A stretch of DNA of 64,000 nucleotides, taken from sequence record LC819005.1; one strand, given 5' to 3'. Below, piece after piece: positions 6,462 through 16,023 of the stretch (within the stretch, counting starts at the first letter, position 1; each line of letters starts with the position of its first letter). The notes under the pieces were generated by a model. It had not been told where the DNA came from. It searched no databases and saw nothing but the letters and a program-made list of their open reading frames with translations. Both the position numbers and the translations under genes were made by a program.

Positions 6462-6833
6462 TTATTGGTCGAGCACCGGCACTTCTTCCAACGGACCTTC
6501 CCAGTCAGTTTCTTCGAGATCTTCCGGCTTAATCCCGAACACGTTCCGATCCATCGCACCACTCAATGGCAGCATTGTGTCGCGGTTGAACACTTCCATC
6601 ACCGCGACTTTGATCGTACCGTCTTCGTAGAACGAGTTCAGCACGACGCGCTGTCCCGTAGTCTTCAGCCGATACAACCGATCGAGTCGTAGATTGTGCT
6701 CGGCGACCATCTTGCGAATCACTTCGGGTCGCCCGGCTATCCAGTTATCCCAATACTTCACATGGGCGTCGGTCCAGTTGAGCCATGTCGACGCGGGCCG
6801 ATCACCCAGAACCTTGAGTTTATCTTCAACCAT
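6462..6833 (-). CDS. Hypothetical protein
   Basis: 123-aa ORF directly downstream of dcd with AAGGAG RBS. Confidence 0.8.
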   Translation of the reverse strand: MVEDKLKVLGDRPASTWLNWTDAHVKYWDNWIAGRPEVIRKMVAEHNLRLDRLYRLKTTGQRVVLNSFYEDGTIKVAVMEVFNRDTMLPLSGAMDRNVFGIKPEDLEETDWEGPLEEVPVLDQ

Positions 6834-6842
6834 CAGTTCTCC

Positions 6843-7445
6843 TTAGACCATCGGATTCTGCGTACCGACTTGCTTGTCGTACTTGCCGCCGCGGTCCTTG
6901 TAGCTGACCTTGCACTCCGCATCGGTCTTGTTGAACAGCAGCTGCGCGATGCCTTGTTCGACGTAGATCTTGGCGTGGGTGTTCGTCGAATTAACGATTT
7001 CCACCACCAGATTACCTTCCCAGGTCGGCTCAAGCGGCGTGACCAACGGGAAGATGCCGACGCGAGCGTAGGTGCTCTTGCCCAGACACGTGACGATCAG
7101 GTCGCGCGGAATGTCGAAGTATTCCCGCGTGTGGCCGAGCATCATGCTGTTCGGAGGGAGCACCACGTATTCCAGGCCGTCTTCGTCGACGCACGGCTTC
7201 GGCTCCGTGTAGACATCCACGTTGAGCTTGCGCGCATCCGAGAGCACGCCGTTCAGATTCGTGAACAGCTTCAGCTCTTTCTTCGACAGCACGATGTCGT
7301 AGCCATACGACGACACGCCGTACGACAGAATGCGCTGGAGGCCTTTCGAGGTCTCCAGCGTTTTGACAGATTCGCGCTCGAACGGCACGATCATGTTTTC
7401 TTGTTCACAGCGTTCGATGATTTGCCAATCGGCGAGAATGCTCAT
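6843..7445 (-). CDS. dcd: dCTP deaminase
   Basis: SYGxSSYGYD, LPPNS, CLGKSTYARVGI, TPLEPTWEGNLVVEI, IAQLLF and YxxRGGKY motifs. Confidence 0.95.
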   Translation of the reverse strand: MSILADWQIIERCEQENMIVPFERESVKTLETSKGLQRILSYGVSSYGYDIVLSKKELKLFTNLNGVLSDARKLNVDVYTEPKPCVDEDGLEYVVLPPNSMMLGHTREYFDIPRDLIVTCLGKSTYARVGIFPLVTPLEPTWEGNLVVEIVNSTNTHAKIYVEQGIAQLLFNKTDAECKVSYKDRGGKYDKQVGTQNPMV

Positions 7446-7465
7446 GATTTACTTTTAAGAGAAGG

Positions 7466-7981
7466 TTAGCGGTTGTGGCGAACGAGAATCTCGTCTGCCA
7501 GTTTCTTGAAGGCAGCGTGATCTTCGTGAGTGAGGAAGTGCTGGAACGAACGGTTCACGTCCTCCAGTTCATGCCGGTAATGCACTTTGCCAGTCAGTAG
7601 ATTCACGCAGTCGAATTCCACCAGGGTGCTGTGTGATCGCAGCCAGATACCCCTGGTTTCTTCGATGGTCCAGGTCGTGCCGATCTCGACCTTACGACGA
7701 CCCTGGCAGGTGTCCTCGTAATGCTTGGCGAGCAGTCGACACATGGCCATGTCGACCATAGTAGCCACACGGCTTTCGTAGGGCGTACCCTTCAGACTGA
7801 AGTCGTTATGAATCCGGCGTACAGCGTCTTCGTAATTGGTCGAGCCAAAGTACGACAACGCTATGGCCTGTTTGTGGAGCTCAGTTGCAAGAAGGCCGCG
7901 CGCAAAGAACGGATCTTCCGCAGTCGTCTTGCGATTGAGTTTTTCGGACAGGGTGTGTACCAGCATTGCATTGGAAGTCAT
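7466..7981 (-). CDS. Hypothetical protein
   Basis: 171-aa ORF preceded by CATATTAC. Confidence 0.8.
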   Translation of the reverse strand: MTSNAMLVHTLSEKLNRKTTAEDPFFARGLLATELHKQAIALSYFGSTNYEDAVRRIHNDFSLKGTPYESRVATMVDMAMCRLLAKHYEDTCQGRRKVEIGTTWTIEETRGIWLRSHSTLVEFDCVNLLTGKVHYRHELEDVNRSFQHFLTHEDHAAFKKLADEILVRHNR

Positions 7982-8045
7982 AAGGCCCTCACTAGGTTAG
8001 GAATGTCGAGCTCGGAACAACTGCCGAAGCCTCAACTCTACGTTA

Positions 8046-8053
8046 GTAATATG
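8046..8053 (-). promoter_or_regulatory. Putative early promoter (CATATTAC)
   Basis: Variant of TATATTAC; the same motif recurs at 49080 and 55130. Confidence 0.55.
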
Positions 8054-8147
8054 TTCCTGAAGATTTCTTCACTTTACTTGTACATGCGATGGTCCTACCC
8101 AGTAATTTTCTCACGGAATCTTGTGGCAACCAATAACAGGAGCGATC

Positions 8148-8999
8148 ATGCTTGAGGCAATGGTCATGGCCGCCGCTATTAAAGCAGCCACGGGCGGGCA
8201 ACAACTTTTTGACACAGTCGGTACAGCTAGTTTTGTCGTGCCGGCTACGGTTACGAAGATCTCTGCTGTCTGTGTGATGTCGGGTGCAAACGGTAGCGTA
8301 GGTGCTAACGTACCGGGTGGCGATGGCGGTGACTTGCGTTACGCAGTGAGTCTGGATGTAACACCGGGGGAGACTCTCACCATCTTTATTCCGGCGAGTA
8401 CTGCAACCACCTCAACACCATGCACAATCAGTCGTGGCGCTACAGTGCTGCTCTCTGCTGGCCGACTGGGTGTGGGCAGTACCGCGATCGGTGGAAACAT
8501 CGGTGGTGGTAACGGCGGTAACAAAGGTGTCTTCCAGGGATCGGGCTCGCCCTTCTCGGGAGCAGGCGGTGGCGCAGGCGGTTACGCTGGCAATGGTGGT
8601 AACGGCGGTAATGGCTCAGGTAACTCGCTAGGCACGCCGCCAACCGCTGGCAATGGTGGTGGCGGCGGCGGCGGTGGCGCAAACTGCTCGACTAGTAACT
8701 TCAGTTCGGGTATTGGTGGTGGCGGTGGTGGCGTGGGTCTGAAAGGCCAGGGCGCATCCGGTGCGGCCGGTACGCAGGGTAACCTGAATGCCAGTGTGGG
8801 CTTCACACCAGGTAAGGGTGGTAGTGGTGGCGCGGACGGTGAAAACAATCCGGGCAATCGCGGTTCAAACGGTGGCGGCTATGGCGCAGGCGCAGGCGGC
8901 TCGTTCACTGGCGCGGCTGGCATAGGCGGTAAGGCAGGTTGCCGGATTATCTGGGGCGATGGCCGCGCTTACCCGTCGACCAACACAGGCGACGTCTAA
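8148..8999 (+). CDS. Glycine-rich putative tail adhesin
   Basis: Start at MLEAMV (AGGAG RBS). Extensive GGGGG/GAGG tracts and C-terminal GxVRIIWG-like motif, typical of Gly-rich phage fibre-tip proteins. Confidence 0.75.
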   Translation: MLEAMVMAAAIKAATGGQQLFDTVGTASFVVPATVTKISAVCVMSGANGSVGANVPGGDGGDLRYAVSLDVTPGETLTIFIPASTATTSTPCTISRGATVLLSAGRLGVGSTAIGGNIGGGNGGNKGVFQGSGSPFSGAGGGAGGYAGNGGNGGNGSGNSLGTPPTAGNGGGGGGGGANCSTSNFSSGIGGGGGGVGLKGQGASGAAGTQGNLNASVGFTPGKGGSGGADGENNPGNRGSNGGGYGAGAGGSFTGAAGIGGKAGCRIIWGDGRAYPSTNTGDV

Positions 9000-9008
9000 C
9001 GAAACACA

Positions 9009-9047
9009 GACATAAAGGGCAGGGCTTTCGCCCTGCCTCCTATGCTG
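9009..9047. terminator. Bidirectional terminator-like hairpin between convergent genes
   Basis: GGCAGGGC-TTTC-GCCCTGCC flanked by TATGCTG (+) and TTTATGTC (-). Confidence 0.7.
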
Positions 9048-10856
9048 TCAAAGCGCTGTAATGGTGCCGTCAACGTTCAACTGGTATTTCGCACTATCGT
9101 AGCTGCTAGTCACCAGTCGAGGCGCGCCGTAGAAGTCATGAGGCTTTAGCCCTACGATTTCCTGGATCGAACCGCTCTTATACGCATAGACTTTAACAGC
9201 CTGTGCGTCAATGATGACGGTTCCTGGATTTGCCGGAGCCGCCGCAACGGCCGTTGCCGTCTGTGCTGAGGTCTTGTAGATCTTGCCCGTCAGGTTATCT
9301 ACCGTTTGGAGCTTACCATCACGCAAGTACAACAACGTGGCGACGTTCATCGCACGGGAGATCTTCTGGGTTTGCAGCGTAGACGAGAGCGACGCCTTGA
9401 TTGCACCGAACAGGCGCACCGATACGTTCCCACCCGGCGGCAGGTTGTACACAGTCCGAGCATCTTTCATCAACTGAGCGAATGACACCTTGCCATTCCG
9501 GAAACCAATCTCAGGACGCACTACCGTCGAGATCTTGCTGTAGGTGAACGGTACAGCCAAAGCCAGCGTCAACGTATCGCCATTCTTAACCGGCGTGACA
9601 TTCGCACCCGTTCCATACCAGTACGTAAAGGCTTGACCGCCGGTGTAATACTGCTCGCCGATACGCTTGCCGTTCAGCAGGATTTCACCCCATACCGTAC
9701 CGAGTGACGAACCATCCACGTTGGGCGCTAGATTCAGTGCACCAGCCGCACTGGCGTACACATTACCGCTATTGACTTCCGGCTGTCCCGTGGACGGATT
9801 CACCGAGCTGGCAAAGAGGATTTCAGCGCCTGCGATGTTGTACGTGTAACGTGCCGTGATCACCGAACCATCTGAAAGGGTCGCCAACAGATTGATGGTG
9901 TTCAGACCCGACGTAGAGACCGTCTGAGAGGGCACAGAAGCGGGCGCATACAAAGTCGTAGGGGTAACGACGACGATCGACTCCGAAGCCCCTGCAGCGA
10001 TGTTATCGCTGTCTGACATGCCTGCATACAACGGATGGTCGCCGTAGTGCGAACGGATGAAGCCAACGTTCACTGGCGTGCGGTCCACGTTCCCCGTCAG
10101 GTAGGTGCCGAACTTCACCGCGACGGCATTGGCGGTCTTGAAGAACGCCGGATCACTGGTGGTGACATCCGCAATCGAGGTGAGGTTGTAGCCGTGGTCG
10201 GTGATGATGATAATGCCGTTTCCATTCTCCCGGAACGTAGCGATGTCATTCACCGCTTGTGCTGTGATGCCGGGTGTGCCCTGCCATTGCGAACTCAGCA
10301 CCAGTACCAGCGCAAACTGTTCGTAGTACGCCAGATTCGGATTCAGCTGGCCGCCGCCGTAATCATCCGGTGCGACAAAGGTAGGAGTGAAGCCCGCCAG
10401 GCCACAGACTTCAGTAAGCGTGTCGAAGAAGCCGGTGCTGCTAGTCGCCGAATTCGCTTTCACCGCATAGCTTGCGGGCGAGATCACATCGCCCATGATC
10501 AGCACTTTCTTGTTGCCCGCGGCAACCTTGGTCGGGTTGGCACACCACTTCAGTGCGTTGTACAGATACTTACACGCCGGCGACAGCGCAGCAAAGTTGG
10601 CGGGGTTACGGGTGTTCGCACTGTTGTAGAACTTCGGGAAGCCGCCATCGTACACCACGCGACCCTTACCGTCTTCGGTCACCGCGATAAACGGATTGGC
10701 CGGAGTGAGGGTGTCGTAAGCGATGTATTTCGAGATCGACGGCGGAGCACCGTTTTTCGTGACCGCGACCTGGGTGATGTCCGCGCTAAACGAGAACGAC
10801 ACCGTCTGGGCATTCAAATACGCCCCAGGTGCAACACTAGGAGTAATCGTCGCCAT
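9048..10856 (-). CDS. Putative virion structural / tail-associated protein
   Basis: 602 aa, rich in T/S/G/A beta-strand-like segments; within the tail module. Function inferred from context. Confidence 0.6.
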   Translation of the reverse strand: MATITPSVAPGAYLNAQTVSFSFSADITQVAVTKNGAPPSISKYIAYDTLTPANPFIAVTEDGKGRVVYDGGFPKFYNSANTRNPANFAALSPACKYLYNALKWCANPTKVAAGNKKVLIMGDVISPASYAVKANSATSSTGFFDTLTEVCGLAGFTPTFVAPDDYGGGQLNPNLAYYEQFALVLVLSSQWQGTPGITAQAVNDIATFRENGNGIIIITDHGYNLTSIADVTTSDPAFFKTANAVAVKFGTYLTGNVDRTPVNVGFIRSHYGDHPLYAGMSDSDNIAAGASESIVVVTPTTLYAPASVPSQTVSTSGLNTINLLATLSDGSVITARYTYNIAGAEILFASSVNPSTGQPEVNSGNVYASAAGALNLAPNVDGSSLGTVWGEILLNGKRIGEQYYTGGQAFTYWYGTGANVTPVKNGDTLTLALAVPFTYSKISTVVRPEIGFRNGKVSFAQLMKDARTVYNLPPGGNVSVRLFGAIKASLSSTLQTQKISRAMNVATLLYLRDGKLQTVDNLTGKIYKTSAQTATAVAAAPANPGTVIIDAQAVKVYAYKSGSIQEIVGLKPHDFYGAPRLVTSSYDSAKYQLNVDGTITAL

Positions 10857-10864
10857 CGCTTACC

Positions 10865-11224
10865 TCAGACTTCTTTGAGGACAACGAACACGCGAATGAT
10901 AAACGAAAGTGTGGCGGTGTGCTGATTCACCACGATCACATTTCCAGCTTCCTTGAAGCCGATACCGGCTACCGCGCCCGCTGGCACGTAATAACCAGTC
11001 GTAGGCGAGTCGACGTCGCTGTCGAGCACATACACTTCGATCTCGGTACGGGTGAGATCATACTTCGAAGCATTCGCGCCCAAGGCTGCAGCGCAGTCGA
11101 AGTTCCACACCTGGCCCGAGGTCAGGTCAGTTTTGGCGACATTAAGATACTGGCGACGCCCGTAGAGCGCCGCTTTGGACGCGAGAATCGCGCCATTCAG
11201 ATTTGCATAGGGACCGGTAGCCAT
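10865..11224 (-). CDS. Hypothetical protein, probably virion-associated
   Basis: 119-aa ORF immediately upstream of the 602-aa gene. Confidence 0.75.
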   Translation of the reverse strand: MATGPYANLNGAILASKAALYGRRQYLNVAKTDLTSGQVWNFDCAAALGANASKYDLTRTEIEVYVLDSDVDSPTTGYYVPAGAVAGIGFKEAGNVIVVNQHTATLSFIIRVFVVLKEV

Positions 11225-11287
11225 AATCGCTTGTCGAAAACAAAAAAATAAAGGCTCACTGGGGTGTGAGCCAAACTCATAGTAATC

Positions 11288-11318
11288 GACGGCATAAAGG
11301 GGAGGCCGAAGCCTCCCC
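11288..11318 (-). terminator. Hairpin + TTTATGCCG element
   Basis: GGGGAGGC-TTCG-GCCTCCCC then TTTATGCCGTC. Confidence 0.8.
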
Positions 11319-11358
11319 CAAGTACAACACCAGAGAAAGCTTACTACGAGTCTACCTG

Positions 11359-11877
11359 TTAAGAGAAACGTAAGGTAGGCGTTTGCAAAACATTTGCGAC
11401 GTGGAGCATGCCACCGAACGGAACAGAACTACTGTCCAGACCAGGGATAACATTTCCACTGTCCCGTACCACCGGCTCGATGTGAGTCTGCCAAAACTCC
11501 ATCGGACATCCCGCGTACGGTTGAAACACGCCGCCTTCCAAGACCGACAAGAAAGGCAACTGACGATCCACAGCTTCGTGCGGATCGCGTAAAGCCACGA
11601 CTGTCCTGCCTCCTGCGACTACCAGGTAATTGCTTTCGCAGAGCAACGTACCACCGATGTAATCCACCACAGTACGACAGATGTAGTGCATCGGCTTGCT
11701 CTTGTACCTGTGAATGAAGGCTGCGCTTACTTCATGCCGACCCAGCAAGAAGTCACACGCAAGCACCTCTACAAACTTGCACAAACGATTGCGCACGTTA
11801 CGATAAAGCATTTCGTACTGCTGAAAACGCATCCGGTCCTGCATCGTAACGCGATCACAAATTTCGTTGTTGAACAT
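11359..11877 (-). CDS. Hypothetical protein
   Basis: 172-aa ORF. Confidence 0.75.
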   Translation of the reverse strand: MFNNEICDRVTMQDRMRFQQYEMLYRNVRNRLCKFVEVLACDFLLGRHEVSAAFIHRYKSKPMHYICRTVVDYIGGTLLCESNYLVVAGGRTVVALRDPHEAVDRQLPFLSVLEGGVFQPYAGCPMEFWQTHIEPVVRDSGNVIPGLDSSSVPFGGMLHVANVLQTPTLRFS

Positions 11878-12134
11878 CTCTAGCTACACCTTTCTCTGAG
11901 GTTATCGAATAGAAGAGAGTTTCAGGTTGGCTTCTGTTCCCTGTCACAATTGGTATCGTTATATGTGCTACTGGCCGTCTGATTTTTACGGAAAAACCCT
12001 TCCACCAAGATTACTGCTTCCTAGTAAAAAATATATTTTCCTCATGTTCTACGAATGGTTGATCTCCAGCGCAGACAAGCGTAAAGCAAGCCTCCCCAGA
12101 CCAGGCTCTACGTTTGTCATCGCGCCACCCCCGG

Positions 12135-12446
12135 TTACCGTGCGATCGTTATTCCTTTCACACGGGTCTTGCGCAACTGTGGCTGTTGCTCTCGACGCTT
12201 GGCAGTGCGTCGGTCGTGGTGCGCTTTACGGCTTTGCTGCACGCGCACTTCCTTGTTGATTGCATTTACCCAGCCCATTTGCTGGTACGTGGTGGTGTGC
12301 TCGTAGCTCACGTGACCAAAGCACCACCAGCTACGCCAGGCGCGCTCTTGATCTGCGGTATGAGCAGCTGAGAGCAAAGCTCCCAACTTCTGTTTGAGCA
12401 TGGTGCGCACAGGCGCACTCCCACCAATCACGACGATGTTACCCAT
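12135..12446 (-). CDS. Small basic hypothetical protein
   Basis: 103-aa ORF with AAGGA RBS; Arg/Lys-rich C-terminus. Confidence 0.65.
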   Translation of the reverse strand: MGNIVVIGGSAPVRTMLKQKLGALLSAAHTADQERAWRSWWCFGHVSYEHTTTYQQMGWVNAINKEVRVQQSRKAHHDRRTAKRREQQPQLRKTRVKGITIAR

Positions 12447-12530
12447 CTTCTTATTCCTTGTGGTATTTGGGCTGTTACTCGGTCCGTACTATGGTTGTCG
12501 CGGTATAATCGTGCATATGCACGGAGCATA

Positions 12531-12743
12531 TTAGTCTTTCGGACCAAAATGCAAGAGGGCCAGCAATTCATCACGAGTGTATTCGCCTTCGAGCAGAACC
12601 ACCGGGACGTTACCTTCAGGCAAGCGATAATGCCACAGGGAGCCCGAGATCTCTTCCTGCCAGTCCGGTACGCGGTCTTCAGCTTTGTTCAGGATTTCGA
12701 TAGCCTGTGCATCGGTCATGGGCGTAGCTTGAGTCATGATCAT
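12531..12743 (-). CDS. Small hypothetical protein, paralog of 12747..12956
   Basis: C-terminal LEGEYTRDELLALLHF motif. Confidence 0.8.
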   Translation of the reverse strand: MIMTQATPMTDAQAIEILNKAEDRVPDWQEEISGSLWHYRLPEGNVPVVLLEGEYTRDELLALLHFGPKD

Positions 12744-12746
12744 CTC

Positions 12747-12956
12747 CTATTGATTACGTGGATGAAAGTACATCAGGGCTGCGAGTTCTTCCAGGGTGAA
12801 GCGACCCTCCAGCTCCACACGCAACTGGTCGTCGTCATCGGTCTTCCAGTTCGGCTCACTGCTCCGAGTCTGCGAGGTCTCTACGTGGTTACCGAACTCC
12901 TGCGTCTGAATCACTAACTGCCGGGCTTCAGACTCGATTAAGTGTGTCATGGCCAT
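12747..12956 (-). CDS. Small hypothetical protein, paralog of 12531..12743
   Basis: C-terminal LEGRFTLEELAALMYF motif. Confidence 0.8.
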   Translation of the reverse strand: MAMTHLIESEARQLVIQTQEFGNHVETSQTRSSEPNWKTDDDDQLRVELEGRFTLEELAALMYFHPRNQ

Positions 12957-13179
12957 CTCTAAGTGAGGTACGATAAAGGCAAGTGAGCTGTTCCTACGTC
13001 ACAGCTAAAAATGGGAAAGCATAACCACCCGTAGGGCACGACTGGCTGTCTCTACAATCCGAAGACTGTAGGGACGCGTCTCAGAGCAGCAGCAAACTGC
13101 TCCATCGAATAGGGCCGGGAGGTAAAAAAGAAAAATCGACATACCCACCCAGCACCCCGAAGGGCACTGGGCAGATACG

Positions 13180-13668
13180 TCAGATCCAGCGACGGAGTTC
13201 TTCGTCCCAGAACTTGGTGTAGCGGTAAGCCCGCTCCAGGTTGTGACCTTCGAAGTCGTGGAACTCCATCATGTCGTGGACCTTGATCCGGTCGCCGTTC
13301 AGATAGACGGCACGCACACGACCAAAGCAACGGATCAGGATTTCCGTATCACGGATCAGCATACTGAGCGCTAGCGCGTCGGCATTGACGGATTCGTGAT
13401 GCGCCCAGACCGAGACTGCGCGTTCCCGGTTTTTGAGCGCATCCGTAGAGATCAGGATTTCGAACGCGCGGAAATCGCCACCGTGCTGCTTTGTGACTAC
13501 GTACTGGGAAGCCTGTTCGAAAATGAGGTTGTTATCCAGCAGGATGACATTACCCTCTTTCCGGTTGGCTTCACGAATGTCCGCGTACTCTTCACGCGAA
13601 GCTGCAATGTCTTGCTCCGGAAGCAGATGCAGCAGGTAGCGCACAGCGCTCGATTCCGTCTTTGCCAT
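13180..13668 (-). CDS. Hypothetical protein
   Basis: 162-aa ORF with AGGAG RBS and upstream TATATCAC. Confidence 0.8.
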   Translation of the reverse strand: MAKTESSAVRYLLHLLPEQDIAASREEYADIREANRKEGNVILLDNNLIFEQASQYVVTKQHGGDFRAFEILISTDALKNRERAVSVWAHHESVNADALALSMLIRDTEILIRCFGRVRAVYLNGDRIKVHDMMEFHDFEGHNLERAYRYTKFWDEELRRWI

Positions 13669-13695
13669 TTGATTCTCCTGTGTAAGTTCAAATAA

Positions 13696-13703
13696 GTGAT
13701 ATA
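13696..13703 (-). promoter_or_regulatory. Putative early promoter (TATATCAC)
   Basis: One mismatch to TATATTAC; lies between a terminator and the 13668 start. Confidence 0.55.
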
Positions 13704-13729
13704 TGGTCAGAAGAAGTTAGAAATGGATC

Positions 13730-13761
13730 GACGGCATAAGAGCCAGCCCGAAGGCCGGCTC
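13730..13761 (-). terminator. Hairpin + TTATGCCG element
   Basis: GAGCCGGCC-TTCG-GGCTGGCTC then TTATGCCGTC. Confidence 0.8.
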
Positions 13762-13765
13762 AGGA

Positions 13766-13990
13766 TCAGTAATAGATCTTGTCTGCCCACCACGTCTGTG
13801 CCTTGAACGTGGATGGATGCGGATTCAAACGAATCTGCACGCGCTTGTCTTTCGACAGCTCTTTCAGCTCCGGCGTGATGGCACGAGCCAGCAGCAGCAG
13901 TCGATAACCGCGGAACAGCAACCGCTTAGCGGCTTCCGCAGCAACGGGTAGCTGCGTTTCGAACATAACGACTTTGGGGAGAGGACGCAT
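13766..13990 (-). CDS. Small hypothetical protein
   Basis: 74-aa ORF. Confidence 0.65.
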   Translation of the reverse strand: MRPLPKVVMFETQLPVAAEAAKRLLFRGYRLLLLARAITPELKELSKDKRVQIRLNPHPSTFKAQTWWADKIYY

Positions 13991-14026
13991 GATGGAGAGG
14001 GATAGTTGATGGTGAATTACACACCA

Positions 14027-14458
14027 TTAGGTCATCGCCACACCGTTCAACCAGTACAGCTCGCCTTCCGACTCGATATAGAAGATCTTGCCCGTAAGCG
14101 GGTTAATGATCATCCGGCCCGTACCGAAATCCTTCGCCGGGGTTTTGGTTGGGCTCGTCACCCATGCGCTACCGTTGTAGGTGTACGTCACCTGACCCAC
14201 GATATCGTACACCGGCAGTGTGGTTGTCGCGGCCTGGGCTGCTGTGACTTCATCCGAGGTCTGACAGAAGTACGCCGCTTGCAGCGCAAAATCAAACTTC
14301 AGCTGGTTGGTGCCGTCCACAGCAACGAAGCCCACTTTGCCCGCTGTTCCCGACTGGATCGTCAGATCTCGTGCGGTGTTGAAAGCAGCTTCAGCAGCCA
14401 AAGCATTCGGACCGTCAGCGAGTTGCTTCCCGAAGATATTGGGATAGGGATTCGCCAT
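14027..14458 (-). CDS. Putative virion/tail protein
   Basis: 143 aa; shares a C-terminal module (YD...W...INPxTGKxF) with the next two upstream ORFs. Confidence 0.65.
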   Translation of the reverse strand: MANPYPNIFGKQLADGPNALAAEAAFNTARDLTIQSGTAGKVGFVAVDGTNQLKFDFALQAAYFCQTSDEVTAAQAATTTLPVYDIVGQVTYTYNGSAWVTSPTKTPAKDFGTGRMIINPLTGKIFYIESEGELYWLNGVAMT

Positions 14459-14461
14459 CTC

Positions 14462-14872
14462 TTAACTCCCCGTGCGAATGATGAGAGTGTTGCCTTGCTG
14501 AGTGAAACCCAACACCCCGTTACTGCAATAGACAAAGCGTCCCGGACCGACGTCAAGAATCAGCTGATTGCCTGAGACCTTGGACCAGGCTGAATTCACC
14601 CAGTCCCAACGACTGCCGTCGCGCAGATCGTAGATCGAGCCGTGTGGCCCCGCCTGCTCTCGGGTCTTGGCATCAGCCAGTTGCGTATCCGTGAGAATGA
14701 ACTCACCGAGCGCTACCATCCCACCTGCCAGCAACGTTTTGCTGGCATCGCCCTTAGCGAAGTAAGTGGTGCCGGTCGGCAGGGCGGGTACGTTCGTTGC
14801 GTGGTACGTGGCGGCACGACTCTGAATGGCGGTAGCAGTCGCACCCGAGAGTACCGATTTATTGGAAAGCAT
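14462..14872 (-). CDS. Putative virion/tail protein
   Basis: 136 aa; IYDLRDGSRWDWVNSAW module; coupled to the upstream ORF. Confidence 0.65.
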   Translation of the reverse strand: MLSNKSVLSGATATAIQSRAATYHATNVPALPTGTTYFAKGDASKTLLAGGMVALGEFILTDTQLADAKTREQAGPHGSIYDLRDGSRWDWVNSAWSKVSGNQLILDVGPGRFVYCSNGVLGFTQQGNTLIIRTGS

Positions 14873-15972
14873 TACATGAACCTCCGTACCTTGTCAGGTC
14901 CGACGTGAAACGTTTTACCCGTGTACGGGTTATGAAAGAGACGCCACAGGCTGAGCGACTGTGCCATTTGCAGATCCGTCAAGACCGCACCACCCGTCCA
15001 CGACTTGTCAGAATTCTGCGTCCAGATCTGTTTGTTAAACGTATCGAAGATGATGCGCTGATCACCTGTGAACGTTAGCGTCTTGAACGAAGCTGAGGCT
15101 TGGCTCTCGGCCATATAACCATAAGCCTTGGGGCCACGGAAAATGGCGAGATCCACGTCGGCACTCAGGTCGAAGGTGAACGTCGCGTCAGCCTTGTAGG
15201 TTTGCCAGTTCGAGCCGAACTCACTGGTCGACACTGTGATGATGTCGCCAGCTCGTACGACTTTCACCAGACACGGACCAAGCGGACCCCATCCTTGACC
15301 AGCTGTGTTTGCGACATAGCCTGACGTAGCACCAGTGGCGCCATAGCCGCCGTTACCCCAAGCGACCTTGTCGCTCTTAATGAGATATTTTTCGCCGGCA
15401 TTCTGCTGATAGTTCTTGACCACGGCAAACGACATGCCGTTACCGCCCGGGCTGCGATTCACCACCAGTTTGCTTTCATAGCCGGTGGTGGCGTCTTTAG
15501 CGAACGCGATCACGAGACCAATGTCATCATCGTCAGCATCCGTCGAAGAGAGTTGGACTTCGAGCGTGTAGTTCTCATACTTAGTCCGGGAAACAAAACC
15601 GAGAACGGATACCGAGTTGACCGTACTCTTAATCGTATCGGTGGCGGAGTCGTAGGTCCAGCTGGTCAGCTCGGATGGCTGTGCCGGTTGAGCCGCGGTG
15701 CTGCGTTGGTGTGAGAAACGATACCAGGAATTGAACACGTCAGCCATCGACACCGTGCGAGCTTTTTCAGTAGTCAGCTCAGCCGCGGTTTCCGTAATGA
15801 CAGCCAGTGTCACCGGACGAATCGCCTTGGGCACGTTGTTGTTATCGCCCTGGATAATCGAGCCTTCCTGACTGATCGGGAAAGCACCTTCCATGCGAGC
15901 CTTGGCTTCAGCCTGCACCGCAGCGATCTTAGCGGAACTGGCAAGCTGGCCTTGAAATTGATAGGTTGTCAT
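14872..15972 (-). CDS. Putative virion/tail protein with lectin-like beta-sandwich insert
   Basis: 366 aa; DDDDIGLVIAF and GPKAYGY segment suggests a ConA-like fold (inference); C-terminal HNPYTGKTF module. Confidence 0.6.
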   Translation of the reverse strand: MTTYQFQGQLASSAKIAAVQAEAKARMEGAFPISQEGSIIQGDNNNVPKAIRPVTLAVITETAAELTTEKARTVSMADVFNSWYRFSHQRSTAAQPAQPSELTSWTYDSATDTIKSTVNSVSVLGFVSRTKYENYTLEVQLSSTDADDDDIGLVIAFAKDATTGYESKLVVNRSPGGNGMSFAVVKNYQQNAGEKYLIKSDKVAWGNGGYGATGATSGYVANTAGQGWGPLGPCLVKVVRAGDIITVSTSEFGSNWQTYKADATFTFDLSADVDLAIFRGPKAYGYMAESQASASFKTLTFTGDQRIIFDTFNKQIWTQNSDKSWTGGAVLTDLQMAQSLSLWRLFHNPYTGKTFHVGPDKVRRFM

Positions 15973-16023
15973 GGCTTTGAAATGAGAGGGATGAACATAA
16001 AATTACAGCTGTGAAGACACTTT

